Under the pieces are notes generated by a model, which made no database searches, had not been told where the DNA came from, and saw only the letters and a program-made list of their open reading frames with translations. Position numbers and translations under genes: made by a program. This document shows, one piece after another, positions 19,132 through 28,927 of a stretch of DNA of 64,000 bases (position 1 is its first letter; each line of letters opens with the position of its first letter). The DNA comes from an uncultured archaeon (GTDB lineage: Archaea; Asgardarchaeota; Thorarchaeia; Thorarchaeales; Thorarchaeaceae). The stretch spans positions 1-64,000 of the forward strand of contig CAZSWP010000002.1 in NCBI GenBank assembly GCA_964610875.1. The letters run 5' to 3'.

Positions 19132-20175
19132 CTATTCGAATTTCGTGAAGAGAACCTTGATAGCTTTTTGAGACTCCATTAATTCAAATGCTTTTTCCCA
19201 CTCATCAAGTGATAGCCGATGAGTAATAAGAGGGTTAACATCAATTTGTCCCTTTGCCATCATCCGAAGTGTCAGAACCCAAGTTGATGGAATTGTCCCC
19301 CAGCTACCTATCATAGTGAGCTCTTTCTCAACCATGTGATCTAAGTAAAGAGTTGTATCTGTACCTTGAGTACCCAGAAGTGAAACATGACCTGTCAATT
19401 TTACAAGTTCTAACGACTGTCTTCGAGCAGCAGCAGAACCTGAGCATTCTATGACAACATCTGCACCCAAACCACCAGATAATTCCCTAACTGTGTGAAC
19501 AGGGTCAGGATTTGTTAAGACATCTATAGTATGGTCAGCACCGACACTCCTTGCTATTTTGAAACGCCATTCATCAGAAGTTATTCCCGTGACAATGACT
19601 TGTCCTGCACCCATAGCTTTGGCAACTTGGGTTGCGATTAGACCCATAGTACCGGGACCTTGAACGACAACCACATCCCCCGGAGAGATTGGTGTTCGTT
19701 CTGCAACACAGTGTACAACACAAGCTGCAGGTTCAGCAAGAGCAGCCTCTTCAAGAGATAAGGAATCTGGAATTTTGTGAATAATGAATTCTGGTACAGC
19801 AAGATGTTTGGCAAATGCACCATTGGCCAGAGAAACACCAAGAATGTGCTTATGGTCGTGCGTACAGCGATTTACATGGCCAGTCTTACAGTGATAACAC
19901 TGACCACAAAATGCTGTCGCGGGTGATACAACACGGTCACCTACTTTGATGTTATCTACACCAACTCCAATATCAATGACAATCCCACTATATTCATGCC
20001 CTAGGACTACAGGGGGCGTGTAGAATGAATGATTGGATTTGATATGAACATCAGTTCCACAGAGTCCTGCAGCATGTACTTCAACAAGAACTTCACCTGG
20101 ACCAGCAACTGGCTCATCTATATCACGAAGTTCTATATTTCCCACGCCTCGAGAGACCTTCATTAATGCTTTCAA
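19132..20175 (-). CDS. Zinc-dependent alcohol dehydrogenase (threonine/sorbitol dehydrogenase-like)
   Basis: CGTD, GHEYSG, CGQCYHCKTGHVNRC, GPGTMG. Confidence 0.9.
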   Translation of the reverse strand: MKALMKVSRGVGNIELRDIDEPVAGPGEVLVEVHAAGLCGTDVHIKSNHSFYTPPVVLGHEYSGIVIDIGVGVDNIKVGDRVVSPATAFCGQCYHCKTGHVNRCTHDHKHILGVSLANGAFAKHLAVPEFIIHKIPDSLSLEEAALAEPAACVVHCVAERTPISPGDVVVVQGPGTMGLIATQVAKAMGAGQVIVTGITSDEWRFKIARSVGADHTIDVLTNPDPVHTVRELSGGLGADVVIECSGSAAARRQSLELVKLTGHVSLLGTQGTDTTLYLDHMVEKELTMIGSWGTIPSTWVLTLRMMAKGQIDVNPLITHRLSLDEWEKAFELMESQKAIKVLFTKFE

Positions 20176-20235
20176 AAGTGCGACCTCATATCAACCAATA
20201 ACAACGCATTATAGAATCTTATGGAGTGCACCACA

Positions 20236-20538
20236 TCATAATGACTCAAAGAAACCAGGTGGTTCTTCCCCTTCATCCAATGGTCGCACACGATAATTGT
20301 TGCCATACTCTGACCTTATTCTCTGAGCAGCAGTAGCACCAACAAATCGCATTCGGACATTCGCCTTTTTTCCGGTCCATACATAGATGCTTTTAGTTGA
20401 TTCATCAACTACACAAAAAACACTCTCAGATGATAGGTCATCTTTTCGCAGTTTGACCTCAGCAGATGTGCCATCCTTATTGAGTGCATATGCAACTGAC
20501 ATTTGGGACACTGAAACTCCTTTTGCGCGCGGCTGCAA
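20236..20538 (-). CDS. Single-domain gelsolin-like protein
   Basis: LSSESVFCVVD...IYVWTGKKAN..RF.GA..A..IR...DEGEEPPGF gelsolin-repeat signature; real start probably 20511 or 20502. Confidence 0.8.
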   Translation of the reverse strand: MQPRAKGVSVSQMSVAYALNKDGTSAEVKLRKDDLSSESVFCVVDESTKSIYVWTGKKANVRMRFVGATAAQRIRSEYGNNYRVRPLDEGEEPPGFFESL

Positions 20539-20624
20539 TCTACAAAGAATGAATTACATTACCACTACTTATGTTCATATAATCTTCCAGTAATACACCA
20601 CATAGGTCTATCGGTAGCTGATTA

Positions 20625-21008
20625 TCAAATGCTTTCGAACCGTGCTCGAACAGTTCCACCGCAATAGCCGCATTGTGCTTCAAGTGGGCCAACCCAATCA
20701 ATTGTTTCATGTGATAAGTTTGCTCCACACGATGGGCATTTCTCTGGTACTCTCACAGTTTTGTATTCAGAGCCATCTGTCCGAGTCCGATCCTTATGAG
20801 ATTCGGGAATTGCATAAGATGGAGCTTGAACCTGAAATGTGGATATGGTCTTTGCGCCCGATCTGCAAATAATCACAAAAACAGCAATGAACACCATGAC
20901 AACTATGGCGGCAACAATTGTGAACATAATGGTAAAGAAGTCAAAGAAACCGAATGGATCGAAATCAAAAGGCTCCATAGTTTCAAAGAAAGTAGTGGGT
21001 AGTTGCAA
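20625..21008 (-). CDS. Single-TM protein with C-terminal zinc ribbon
   Basis: N-terminal hydrophobic helix; CPSCGA...CGYCG. Confidence 0.7.
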   Translation of the reverse strand: MQLPTTFFETMEPFDFDPFGFFDFFTIMFTIVAAIVVMVFIAVFVIICRSGAKTISTFQVQAPSYAIPESHKDRTRTDGSEYKTVRVPEKCPSCGANLSHETIDWVGPLEAQCGYCGGTVRARFESI

Positions 21009-21227
21009 ATCTATCTCTCCCTCAATAGTATCTATACTTATTTTATCAGTATAGTGATACCCTATTACATTTGCCGGACAGTTTGGTTTTCTTCATTTGA
21101 GATGGACTGATTGTCTACACTCACAGTGTTTCTTTCCTAAACCAAACAGCATTTTCCTACAGCTCAAAACAAATAAAAGTTCGTCATGAGTGAATCATCT
21201 GAATTACCTCACCGGAGGAAAAGAATA

Positions 21228-21587
21228 ATGCAAATCCCAACATTCCTTCTAAGAAAGTTGTACATAAAGGGTAGTCTTGAGAACCATGATGACGGTTTTA
21301 GTTTCAAAATCAAGAATTCACTATCCCCAGGCACAGCAGTTGGTCTATCACCAATCAAAGTGAATGACACAGAATATGAACTTGATAAGACAATCATCAA
21401 GACTGAAGGTGCTGAAATGAAAGCATCAGAAGTCACCAAGGACAAGGCATTCCCAATAAAGGTCGGAGTTGAGATTGAAATTCACGTTCAGGGAAAGCCT
21501 CTTCCCGAGGGCGAACACAAGATTGACATTTCCATAACAACAAAAGAGGCTGGAACGCTAGCCTTTGATGTAAAAGACGCAATCTAA
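21228..21587 (+). CDS. Small beta-sandwich protein (resembles the N-terminal accessory domain of some HMG-CoA reductases / DUF6379-like)
   Basis: LLRKLYIKGSLEN..GFSFKIKN...LPEGEHKI; SD GGAGG before ATG 21228. Confidence 0.55.
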   Translation: MQIPTFLLRKLYIKGSLENHDDGFSFKIKNSLSPGTAVGLSPIKVNDTEYELDKTIIKTEGAEMKASEVTKDKAFPIKVGVEIEIHVQGKPLPEGEHKIDISITTKEAGTLAFDVKDAI

Positions 21588-21598
21588 TACTCTGACGA

Positions 21599-21624
21599 TG
21601 CAGAGGGTCCAAAGACCCTTTGCA
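21599..21624. terminator. Hairpin between convergent genes
   Basis: TGCAGAGGGTC/GACCCTTTGCA 11-bp stem (one G-T), CAAA loop. Confidence 0.5.
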
Positions 21625-21636
21625 CCACTGTTTATC

Positions 21637-23166
21637 CTATTTCTTCCTTTTGATGACAACAACAAGTATGACAACCACAGCTGCTGCACCAATTATTATT
21701 ACTGGTAGTAGTAAATCAGCACTATCGGTAGTTTCTGTGATTTCAGTTGTCGTTGACCTTGTGGAGAATATATAATGTACATGAGTCCATAGCCCATCCT
21801 TATCTTCTGCATAAACGTCCAACGAGTGTTGACCTGGCTCCTCTGGAATCCCAGTCAATTCAGTCTCATTGAAATCACTATCCCAAGAATAGAAGACAGT
21901 TTCTGGGACACTACTGAAATAGACCTCAGGCATTGTACCTGCACTCTTTGTTGTACCATTAGCAACGACACGAAGGTATACTATTATTGGACCCTCGTAA
22001 GGTAAGGAGAACTCGTCTCTTGTTTCATCATCTGTGTCAATAACGTCAAGATCAACGCCACTTGAATTGACATTTGCAACAACATAATGGTGGTATGCTC
22101 CTCCCCAAGGACTATTATAAAGAGGAGCTCCTGCGCCTCCAGTTATCAAATGTAGTACTCCGTTGACAATCATGCTGTTGTATGCATGATCATGACCACA
22201 TGCAAAAAGGGTGACATCGTGTTCCTCAAACAAGTTCTGTAAAGCTGTTCGCTTTTCAGGATCCACATCCATAGAGCTTCCAATATGTTTGATTGGATAC
22301 AAAGGACGATGGGCAAAAGCGAAAATGATTTCTTTGTCAGTAGAATCAAGGTCATTTTCAAGCCAAGTTAGTTGAGCACCTTGAATCTCGCCCTCGGAAC
22401 CCTGAACTTCAGAATCCAGTACAAGAATATGAATTCCTGAATAGTCATAAGAAAAGTATGTAGTATTGGTTCCGGCATTGATGAAAGAAGCAAGATAGTA
22501 GTCTAGATACATTGTACCTGTAGCAGCACCCGTATCATGATTTCCTAAAACTCCAATAACAGGTGCATAATGACCCATTCGGTCTCGTATTGCATTGAAA
22601 TGCTTCCAGCCTTCAGTAGAAATAGCATCATAACCAGTGATTTTGTACACAAAATCTCCTGTGAGTATTACTATGTGCGGCTCCTCTTCGATAATCATAT
22701 CCGCAATATCAGAGAAGATTTCAGGTTGATTGGGAGCTTCTGTGGAATCAGGACGATTATCACCCGCGATAATAACCTTTACAGCATCTCCTTCCACTGG
22801 TGCTGTTCTGAAGTGATAGATAGGACTCTCATCAGATTCAGAGATAGCTTTGTAATAGTATCGTGTATCTTCTGTAAGACCACTTAACCGTACAAAATGC
22901 GTTGAAGATATTGTAGCGTTACTTACAGAACTACCTAATGATTCTGTTGTACCATATTGCACAGTGGCATCAGAAGTATAGTTGGTTTTCCAAAAAATCG
23001 TAGCAGTCGCATTAGTTACCAGTTCAACAGTTGGACCTCTCAGGAAGGGATCATCGTCTGCTAGTACAACTTCACTATGAGGTGAAGTTGCAGAAGGTAA
23101 AAGAAATCCAACTGCAAGAGGTAAGGTAAGCACGAGCATGAGGAATAGACTATAGTACCGTTTCAT
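21637..23166 (-). CDS. Membrane-anchored extracellular purple acid phosphatase-like metallophosphoesterase
   Basis: Signal peptide, FN3-like domain, GDNR, TGDFV, GNHD, GHDH, TGGAGAP; C-terminal TM followed by KRKK. Confidence 0.85.
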   Translation of the reverse strand: MKRYYSLFLMLVLTLPLAVGFLLPSATSPHSEVVLADDDPFLRGPTVELVTNATATIFWKTNYTSDATVQYGTTESLGSSVSNATISSTHFVRLSGLTEDTRYYYKAISESDESPIYHFRTAPVEGDAVKVIIAGDNRPDSTEAPNQPEIFSDIADMIIEEEPHIVILTGDFVYKITGYDAISTEGWKHFNAIRDRMGHYAPVIGVLGNHDTGAATGTMYLDYYLASFINAGTNTTYFSYDYSGIHILVLDSEVQGSEGEIQGAQLTWLENDLDSTDKEIIFAFAHRPLYPIKHIGSSMDVDPEKRTALQNLFEEHDVTLFACGHDHAYNSMIVNGVLHLITGGAGAPLYNSPWGGAYHHYVVANVNSSGVDLDVIDTDDETRDEFSLPYEGPIIVYLRVVANGTTKSAGTMPEVYFSSVPETVFYSWDSDFNETELTGIPEEPGQHSLDVYAEDKDGLWTHVHYIFSTRSTTTEITETTDSADLLLPVIIIGAAAVVVILVVVIKRKK

Positions 23167-23270
23167 ACCAATCCCATGTCATATTGATTGAAATGACACT
23201 TAAGGACTGGGTTAGAACAACTACGCAATAGTTTTGTGTAAGTGTTTCACTATCTAGACAGTGGTCCACA

Positions 23271-24206
23271 ATGTATGTTAAGATTAGAAATGATGGCGCA
23301 ATTGGGATAGGTCGCGGAACTGAAGGAGATGATGAGATCACCATTGGTTATGGCGAAGCTCACATGATTGCTGCCGCGCTTGAAAAGCTTGCGCAAACTG
23401 CACGCTCGTACAAACAGACCTACAAAAAAACAACTGATGTTGGGGGCGGAAATAAGATAGAGTTTGAACGTTCTGATGAAGGCTCAATTACACTCTCAGG
23501 AGATGGAAATGATTACATCTGTACTGAGAACGAGATTAGAGAGCTAGCTGATATGCTCAAACACTTACCACCAGTTGAAGCAGCTCCAGCATCAGACTAT
23601 GTGAAGAAAATAAAACCTCGAGATGGTCAATGCTTAGTTGTCACCAATGGAGGAAATCAAGTTCCATTCAGACTACCAGAAGCTGCGCTTCTCAAAACTA
23701 CTCTTATTTCATCAATGAATGGTAAATTCTTTCTGGAGAACATCAGGGTTGGCAAACGGTCTTACACTCTGGAGAGAAGTAGTGATTTGAAATGGAAACT
23801 CGTAGCACCTAATGGGGAAGTAAGGTTCACTGCATATGAAGTAGAAGCATGGCGAAATGGACTTCATACAGGGATACTTGATGTTCTGATGGATTTGGTC
23901 AAATCATTTGGAAGTGACAAACTCTCTGATATAAGAGTGAAGAGTCAGATACAACGAATTGACCAAGAAACAGGTATCGTCTTCAAAGATGTGAAGCGAG
24001 GTAGAGACCTCTCGAAATACATCGTGAAAATGTCAAAGAAAATACTTGGTACAGGACAGGATGCTGAAGAAAGAACTGAAGCCTTTATCGAGATGTGCAA
24101 TGGTGTCTATGCTGAAGCTGATCCTGAGAAGATACCCAGACTCTTTGATCTTTTCTCCGAGATTTTCGTGACAGCGCCTGTTGAAACAGCTGCATCTACA
24201 GACTAG
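23271..24206 (+). CDS. Hypothetical protein with four beta-beta-beta-alpha repeats and a helical C-terminal domain
   Basis: Long ORF; repeats ending EAHMIAAALEKL / EIRELADMLKHL / EAALLKTTL / EVEAWRNGL. Confidence 0.7.
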   Translation: MYVKIRNDGAIGIGRGTEGDDEITIGYGEAHMIAAALEKLAQTARSYKQTYKKTTDVGGGNKIEFERSDEGSITLSGDGNDYICTENEIRELADMLKHLPPVEAAPASDYVKKIKPRDGQCLVVTNGGNQVPFRLPEAALLKTTLISSMNGKFFLENIRVGKRSYTLERSSDLKWKLVAPNGEVRFTAYEVEAWRNGLHTGILDVLMDLVKSFGSDKLSDIRVKSQIQRIDQETGIVFKDVKRGRDLSKYIVKMSKKILGTGQDAEERTEAFIEMCNGVYAEADPEKIPRLFDLFSEIFVTAPVETAASTD

Positions 24207-25633
24207 AACAGAGTGTCTGCCTGGGCCACAGCTGTGGACCAGGGATACCTCTCTAGTATTCTCGTCATTAGCCTATTCACTTTGCGTTCTTCAGAGGTCC
24301 CAGCGTAAGCAAGTAGAACAACTAAGCCGCCACGTGTACGTTTGAACTTTTGATACATAGTCTTACTTGTGTTGATACTATCACAGACCACCATGACATT
24401 TGCTTGAGGGATATCGAGGTCTCTCTCCCCCACGGGAGACATTACTAATGCACGAATTTCAGGCCCTTCTTTGAACTGCCTTAATACCTCTCCCTTGTCT
24501 TTGGTCTTTCCAGTAACAGTAAGAGTTGGAAGACCAGACCTCTCAAACAATTGTTGAATCTGAGAAACCATCTCGAGATAGGAGGTCAAAACCAAGGTCT
24601 TCTTGTGTCGTACGGCAATCTCCAGTGCCCGAGCAGTCTTTCCAGATATTTCGGGAAGTACCCTTCTCATATCGCTAACATTGAAGTATCTTCGAACATG
24701 TTTACCATAGAACATCTTCAAGAACTGTTTTGGAGGCATGGCATAGACATACTTGCGTAACATAAGAAAACTGGAGTACTGCCCTTTCAATTCATCAGAA
24801 ACTGGGAGTCGCTCTAGCATTAAGTGAACTCGTCTAGCATCACCCTCAATTAAGTCAACATTATCATCTTCTACAAGTTCAGCATAAATCTCCATTCTGG
24901 ACTGACGAATCAACTCATCCAGCACCTTAGCAATAGACCTTATTCTGGCATCAGTAACTGTGGAAATCGTCAAGAAGGTAGGTTCTAAGAATTCATCCAC
25001 ATCAGTACCATAGAGTTCTTCCATGGATATCAATTCAGAATCCGGTATGTGTTTCTGGAGGGTTTCCAGTTCACTTCGGATCTCCAATTGCTCTTTTGTA
25101 AAGACAGCATGATCATCACGTAGAGTCCCACTCATTCCGATGAGCCATTTGTCATCCATTAGAGGTAGTAGGGTTGGCCATGGAAAAACTAGATTTCTCT
25201 TTCGTCCAGTGCGTCGTACTAACTTGTCAACCTCATTGATAAGCACAATTTCAAAGGGTTCGAATAAAGAAACATCCTTTTTGAATAATGATGCAAACAC
25301 TTGTGGTGTTGTCACAACCACTCGTTTCTCCTTCAGTATATAGGGTCTCATGGGGCTTCGCACTCTAGATGAAACCTCACCTAGTTCATCATCAAGCCCG
25401 CCATATTCGCCCTTCAGGTAATCCATTGTTTCAGCAAGAGATGATGATGAGTGAACTACAATAAGAAACCTCGATTCAGGAAAACGCTCAACCACTAGTT
25501 GATGTAGCAAAAATCTCTTGCCAAGGCCACAATCCAACTCCACAATCGCGTTCGTTCCTTGCATATTTACGAGTCGGTCCAGAATGTAGTTCTGATAACC
25601 TCGTGGCGTATATTTTTTCTTTGACTCGCTCAT
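24203..25633 (-). CDS. SF2 helicase-like protein (Hef/FANCM-like) with degenerate catalytic motifs
   Basis: PRGYQ Q-motif, LDCGLGKR (motif I), TTPQ, INEVD (II), MSGT (III), GERDLDIP (V), QKFKRTRG (VI). Confidence 0.75.
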   Translation of the reverse strand: MSESKKKYTPRGYQNYILDRLVNMQGTNAIVELDCGLGKRFLLHQLVVERFPESRFLIVVHSSSSLAETMDYLKGEYGGLDDELGEVSSRVRSPMRPYILKEKRVVVTTPQVFASLFKKDVSLFEPFEIVLINEVDKLVRRTGRKRNLVFPWPTLLPLMDDKWLIGMSGTLRDDHAVFTKEQLEIRSELETLQKHIPDSELISMEELYGTDVDEFLEPTFLTISTVTDARIRSIAKVLDELIRQSRMEIYAELVEDDNVDLIEGDARRVHLMLERLPVSDELKGQYSSFLMLRKYVYAMPPKQFLKMFYGKHVRRYFNVSDMRRVLPEISGKTARALEIAVRHKKTLVLTSYLEMVSQIQQLFERSGLPTLTVTGKTKDKGEVLRQFKEGPEIRALVMSPVGERDLDIPQANVMVVCDSINTSKTMYQKFKRTRGGLVVLLAYAGTSEERKVNRLMTRILERYPWSTAVAQADTLF

Positions 25634-25671
25634 GCTACTGTTGCATCCTAAGTGTACAATATGAACTCAAC

Positions 25672-26076
25672 CTATAATTGCTTGAATACCTTTGCTAAGG
25701 AAGGACCCTTTACATGCATTTTGAACTCGTTGAACTCTCCAAAGGGAACTTGAGATACCTCAAAATCGCGTTCTAAGAGACGTTTCTCAATATCATTGAT
25801 AATATTTTCAGAGAACTCCTCATCTGCCTTTTTATGACCAAGATGTGCAAAGGAATGAAGTAAAATCCGAGAAACATCGACTTTCTTTGCTAACCACTTG
25901 ATGTTTTTGACAACTTTTCGAAGAATCTTAACTCGGTCTTCAATGTCATGCGGTTCTGATTGTAGCCAGACCAAAAGACATTCGTCAACAGATGTACCCT
26001 TATCTTTTGACGATTCTTCATTCGGTCTATACCAGAAACTGTCTAAATGAAACATCAATAATCTCAATTTTTCCAC
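25672..26076 (-). CDS. Free-standing archaeal threonyl-tRNA synthetase editing domain
   Basis: LRLLMFH, LHSFAHLG, PFGEFNEFKMHVKGPSLAKVF. Confidence 0.8.
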   Translation of the reverse strand: MEKLRLLMFHLDSFWYRPNEESSKDKGTSVDECLLVWLQSEPHDIEDRVKILRKVVKNIKWLAKKVDVSRILLHSFAHLGHKKADEEFSENIINDIEKRLLERDFEVSQVPFGEFNEFKMHVKGPSLAKVFKQL

Positions 26077-26154
26077 ATCGTCTGGACTGAGCTACGACAG
26101 TTCATTGATGTATCTTGGGATTACGAACAATTACTGATTCTCGCTCTGTTTCGT

Positions 26155-27015
26155 CTAATTTTCTTCGCATTCCTCATCAGTGTCTTCTTCATCAGAAGGT
26201 TCATGCGGATACCCAATCATACCAGTTTCGACTTTCTCTTCAGCATCTTTCTTTCTTGGAATAGCTTTCCCACGAATCCAGATTGTATTTGGAGGAATGA
26301 CCTTGTCTTTAGGAACAACAGTGTTCGCACCTATTATGACATTGTCACCTATGTCAGCCCCGGCCAAGACCACTGCATTTGCGCCAATTGTAACACCATT
26401 TCCAAGTTTAACAGTCTTCAAATACAAACGGTCGCCCTCATAGACATGACCTGACACAATAGCATCATAACCAAAGAAGCAATTATCACCAATGATAGTC
26501 CGTTCTGGATTGAACAGACGACCATTTCCTACAACAGTATTCTCTCCAATTTTTGCACCAAAGAGTGTGTGGCGTGGCTTTGTGTCCAAGAACACTGAGA
26601 AGAACCACGCGAAATATGGGAAAAGTACGTAATATATCTCGAAGTATTCATACAGTAACCACTCCTCGGTTTCCATGGGGTAGTATCCATCCTCTAAGAA
26701 GGGAATGCCTCGCCGAGATAGTTTGAACATGCCAATAAGAAAACCAAGGAATATTCCATATGCGATAAACGCTTCTGGAACAATTAGCATGATGAACCAG
26801 AACTTTTCATACATAAATGATGGAAGTATATCACCAAATGTACCTTGTATGAAATTGGGAAACAACGAGAAGGGAAATCCCCAACCAACTATTACAGAAT
26901 CGATGGTTTCATAGCACCAGAAGATTATCAATAGAGCAGGAACAGAAGCAACTGTCAAGCTGATCAATACTGAAAGAATCATGTACACAGAATAAGCGAT
27001 CATCTTTGGTCTCAT
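26155..27015 (-). CDS. Membrane-bound hexapeptide-repeat (LbH) acyltransferase
   Basis: N-terminal TM helices; FGAKIGENT, IGDNCFFG, IGANAVVLAGADIGDNVIIGANTVV. Confidence 0.8.
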   Translation of the reverse strand: MRPKMIAYSVYMILSVLISLTVASVPALLIIFWCYETIDSVIVGWGFPFSLFPNFIQGTFGDILPSFMYEKFWFIMLIVPEAFIAYGIFLGFLIGMFKLSRRGIPFLEDGYYPMETEEWLLYEYFEIYYVLFPYFAWFFSVFLDTKPRHTLFGAKIGENTVVGNGRLFNPERTIIGDNCFFGYDAIVSGHVYEGDRLYLKTVKLGNGVTIGANAVVLAGADIGDNVIIGANTVVPKDKVIPPNTIWIRGKAIPRKKDAEEKVETGMIGYPHEPSDEEDTDEECEEN

Positions 27016-27187
27016 TATTATAACCCTTCATCAGGATGGTTAGTTTAGTATACTAATATGTCCAATTTGAACATTCCCCATTGGACAGAAGAATATGCGG
27101 ATAATTATTTGAATCAAAATGGAGCTAAGGGAAACAGATATAGATAGTAAGAAAACCCTCACCCGTATAGCCTATCGATGAGACCCT

Positions 27188-28435
27188 TTGGATGTAGAAA
27201 AAATGGTTAAAGATGCAGAAGTTGTTATTGCAGGGACTGGTCCTGCTGGATTGATGACCGCAGAGCATTGTGGACGATATGGACTAAACACTGTTGTGCT
27301 TGAGAAAAGAGCCTCAGTCACAGACTCGCTCATGGGAGAACTTGTCACAGATAAAGCTCTCAGATTTCTCAGAGTGAAGCCAGACTCAGAATACATCGGT
27401 AACAAGTATACCGCAATTGTGGGGGAGAGTCTGGATACGGGTGCAAATATTGTAGTTGACAGAACGCTTCTCGGCAATTCATATCTCTTTGATGAAGATA
27501 AATGCCAGGAATTGATGCGAAACAGAGCTACAGAAAGGGGAGTAGAATTCAGGTATAAAGCAAGAGTGAAATCTGTAATCAAAGAGAACAACATGGTAGT
27601 TGGTGTCAACTACAACAAAGGTGAGACTGTTAAGGCAGGTCTTACAGTGGGTGCAGATGGTTCTTTCAGCAGGGTATCCGAAACCGCTGGTTTTGTTCAT
27701 CCAAAATGGCTCCTAAGTTATGGTTATCGGTTCAAACTTGCAGGATGTAAAGATATTGACCCAAATACCGCGTATTTTTATGTCGGCAAAGATGTTGGTC
27801 TTGGATACCTCTGGATGTACCCACGTTCAGAATCAGAGATCAACCTTGGTATAGGGAGAGTCCCTTCTTCAAAAGAGAACTGGTACAAGCTCCCACCTAT
27901 GCGCGATGTCCTTCGAAAATTCATGAAAACCCACGAAGAAACTAGGAATGCCAGAGTGGTCTCAGTAAACGGTGGTGTTGTCCCTTGTGCTGGAATCATT
28001 CCACGTTTTTCTGACGCAGGAGTTGCGCTAGTGGGAAATGCTGCGGGACAAGTAAGCAGTATTGTTGGTGGAGGAGTCACGACATGTTTCCATGCCGGAC
28101 AATTACTTGCTAAACACGCAAAGCGGATGGTGGACGAAGGAAACTTCTCGAAGAAGAGTGTTGAAAAATACGAGGAAGACTACATGCACTCCAAACTAGC
28201 TTATAACATTACTCAAACTGGAAAAGGGATGTGGATGGTATCAAAATACGCTATGCATAACGACCCCATCGAGGCTGCTGAGAGAGTACTTGGTGAACTT
28301 GATGCTAAGACGCTCAATGAGTTAATTCAGGGAACTGCAGGTGTTAGTACATACATGAATCTCTTGAACTTCTTGCCAATGGTAACAAAGATTGGCCTTG
28401 GATTCATGAAGAGTGTAGCAATGAGTGGCCTCTGA
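27188..28435 (+). CDS. Geranylgeranyl reductase family flavoprotein
   Basis: GTGPAG, GADG, GYLWMYP, VGNAAGQVSSIVGGG. Confidence 0.8.
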   Translation: MDVEKMVKDAEVVIAGTGPAGLMTAEHCGRYGLNTVVLEKRASVTDSLMGELVTDKALRFLRVKPDSEYIGNKYTAIVGESLDTGANIVVDRTLLGNSYLFDEDKCQELMRNRATERGVEFRYKARVKSVIKENNMVVGVNYNKGETVKAGLTVGADGSFSRVSETAGFVHPKWLLSYGYRFKLAGCKDIDPNTAYFYVGKDVGLGYLWMYPRSESEINLGIGRVPSSKENWYKLPPMRDVLRKFMKTHEETRNARVVSVNGGVVPCAGIIPRFSDAGVALVGNAAGQVSSIVGGGVTTCFHAGQLLAKHAKRMVDEGNFSKKSVEKYEEDYMHSKLAYNITQTGKGMWMVSKYAMHNDPIEAAERVLGELDAKTLNELIQGTAGVSTYMNLLNFLPMVTKIGLGFMKSVAMSGL

Positions 28436-28567
28436 AAAAAATAGGGGACCGAGCAAGGAGATTCAGAAAAAGGCGAACCAGGGTGCCCCCCTCGCTCCCT
28501 GGTTCTAGTGTCCCTAGCCTCTGCAAACATACCCATCAGGTTTGATTTTTTGATACAAACCCGGATG
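28435..28567. ncRNA. Candidate structured RNA in the spacer before the TrmB quartet
   Basis: Stems GAACCAGGG(28475-83)/CCCTGGTTC(28497-505), TAGGGGAC/GTCCCTA, GGTTTG/CAAACC; GC-rich island in an AT-rich spacer; A7 at 28435-41 would be an oligo-U end on the minus strand. Confidence 0.4.
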
Positions 28568-28637
28568 TGCTAATGCACAATATATAGGACAAGTATTATG
28601 TTAGTCATTTGGGGTATATAATATGTGCGAAAGTAAA

Positions 28638-28855
28638 GTGTAATGAATTTAGTTGTAGGAAATAAACAGGTTTTTTCGAAAAATCGGTGGCATAAAGAGA
28701 AGGTCTCCGCCCCTCCTGCCGGCAAGTTTCTCGGAACATGTTTCAGCGCCTATTTTCTAAGCGCTTTACACATCCTCAACATCTATTTTTTGTGTAACAA
28801 ATACAAATAAATCTAAACATTGTAAAGTACACATAATTTATCAAGTGTAACAAAT
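28638..28855 (+). promoter_or_regulatory. Repeated GTGTAACAAAT boxes (candidate operators)
   Basis: Exact copies at 28792-28802 and 28845-28855 (53 bp apart); degenerate GTGTAATGAAT 28638-48; inverted TTTACACA 28765-72. Confidence 0.5.
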
Positions 28856-28927
28856 TCCAATGTATAATAATAAAAGCTATCTCACAATATATGATAAACG
28901 AATTCAGGGATTTCCCCTATCCCGGAT

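Noticed and set aside
28327-28536. 69-aa minus-strand ORF across the structured element
   Set aside because: Overlaps the GGR 3' end, has no recognisable motif and is better explained by RNA structure
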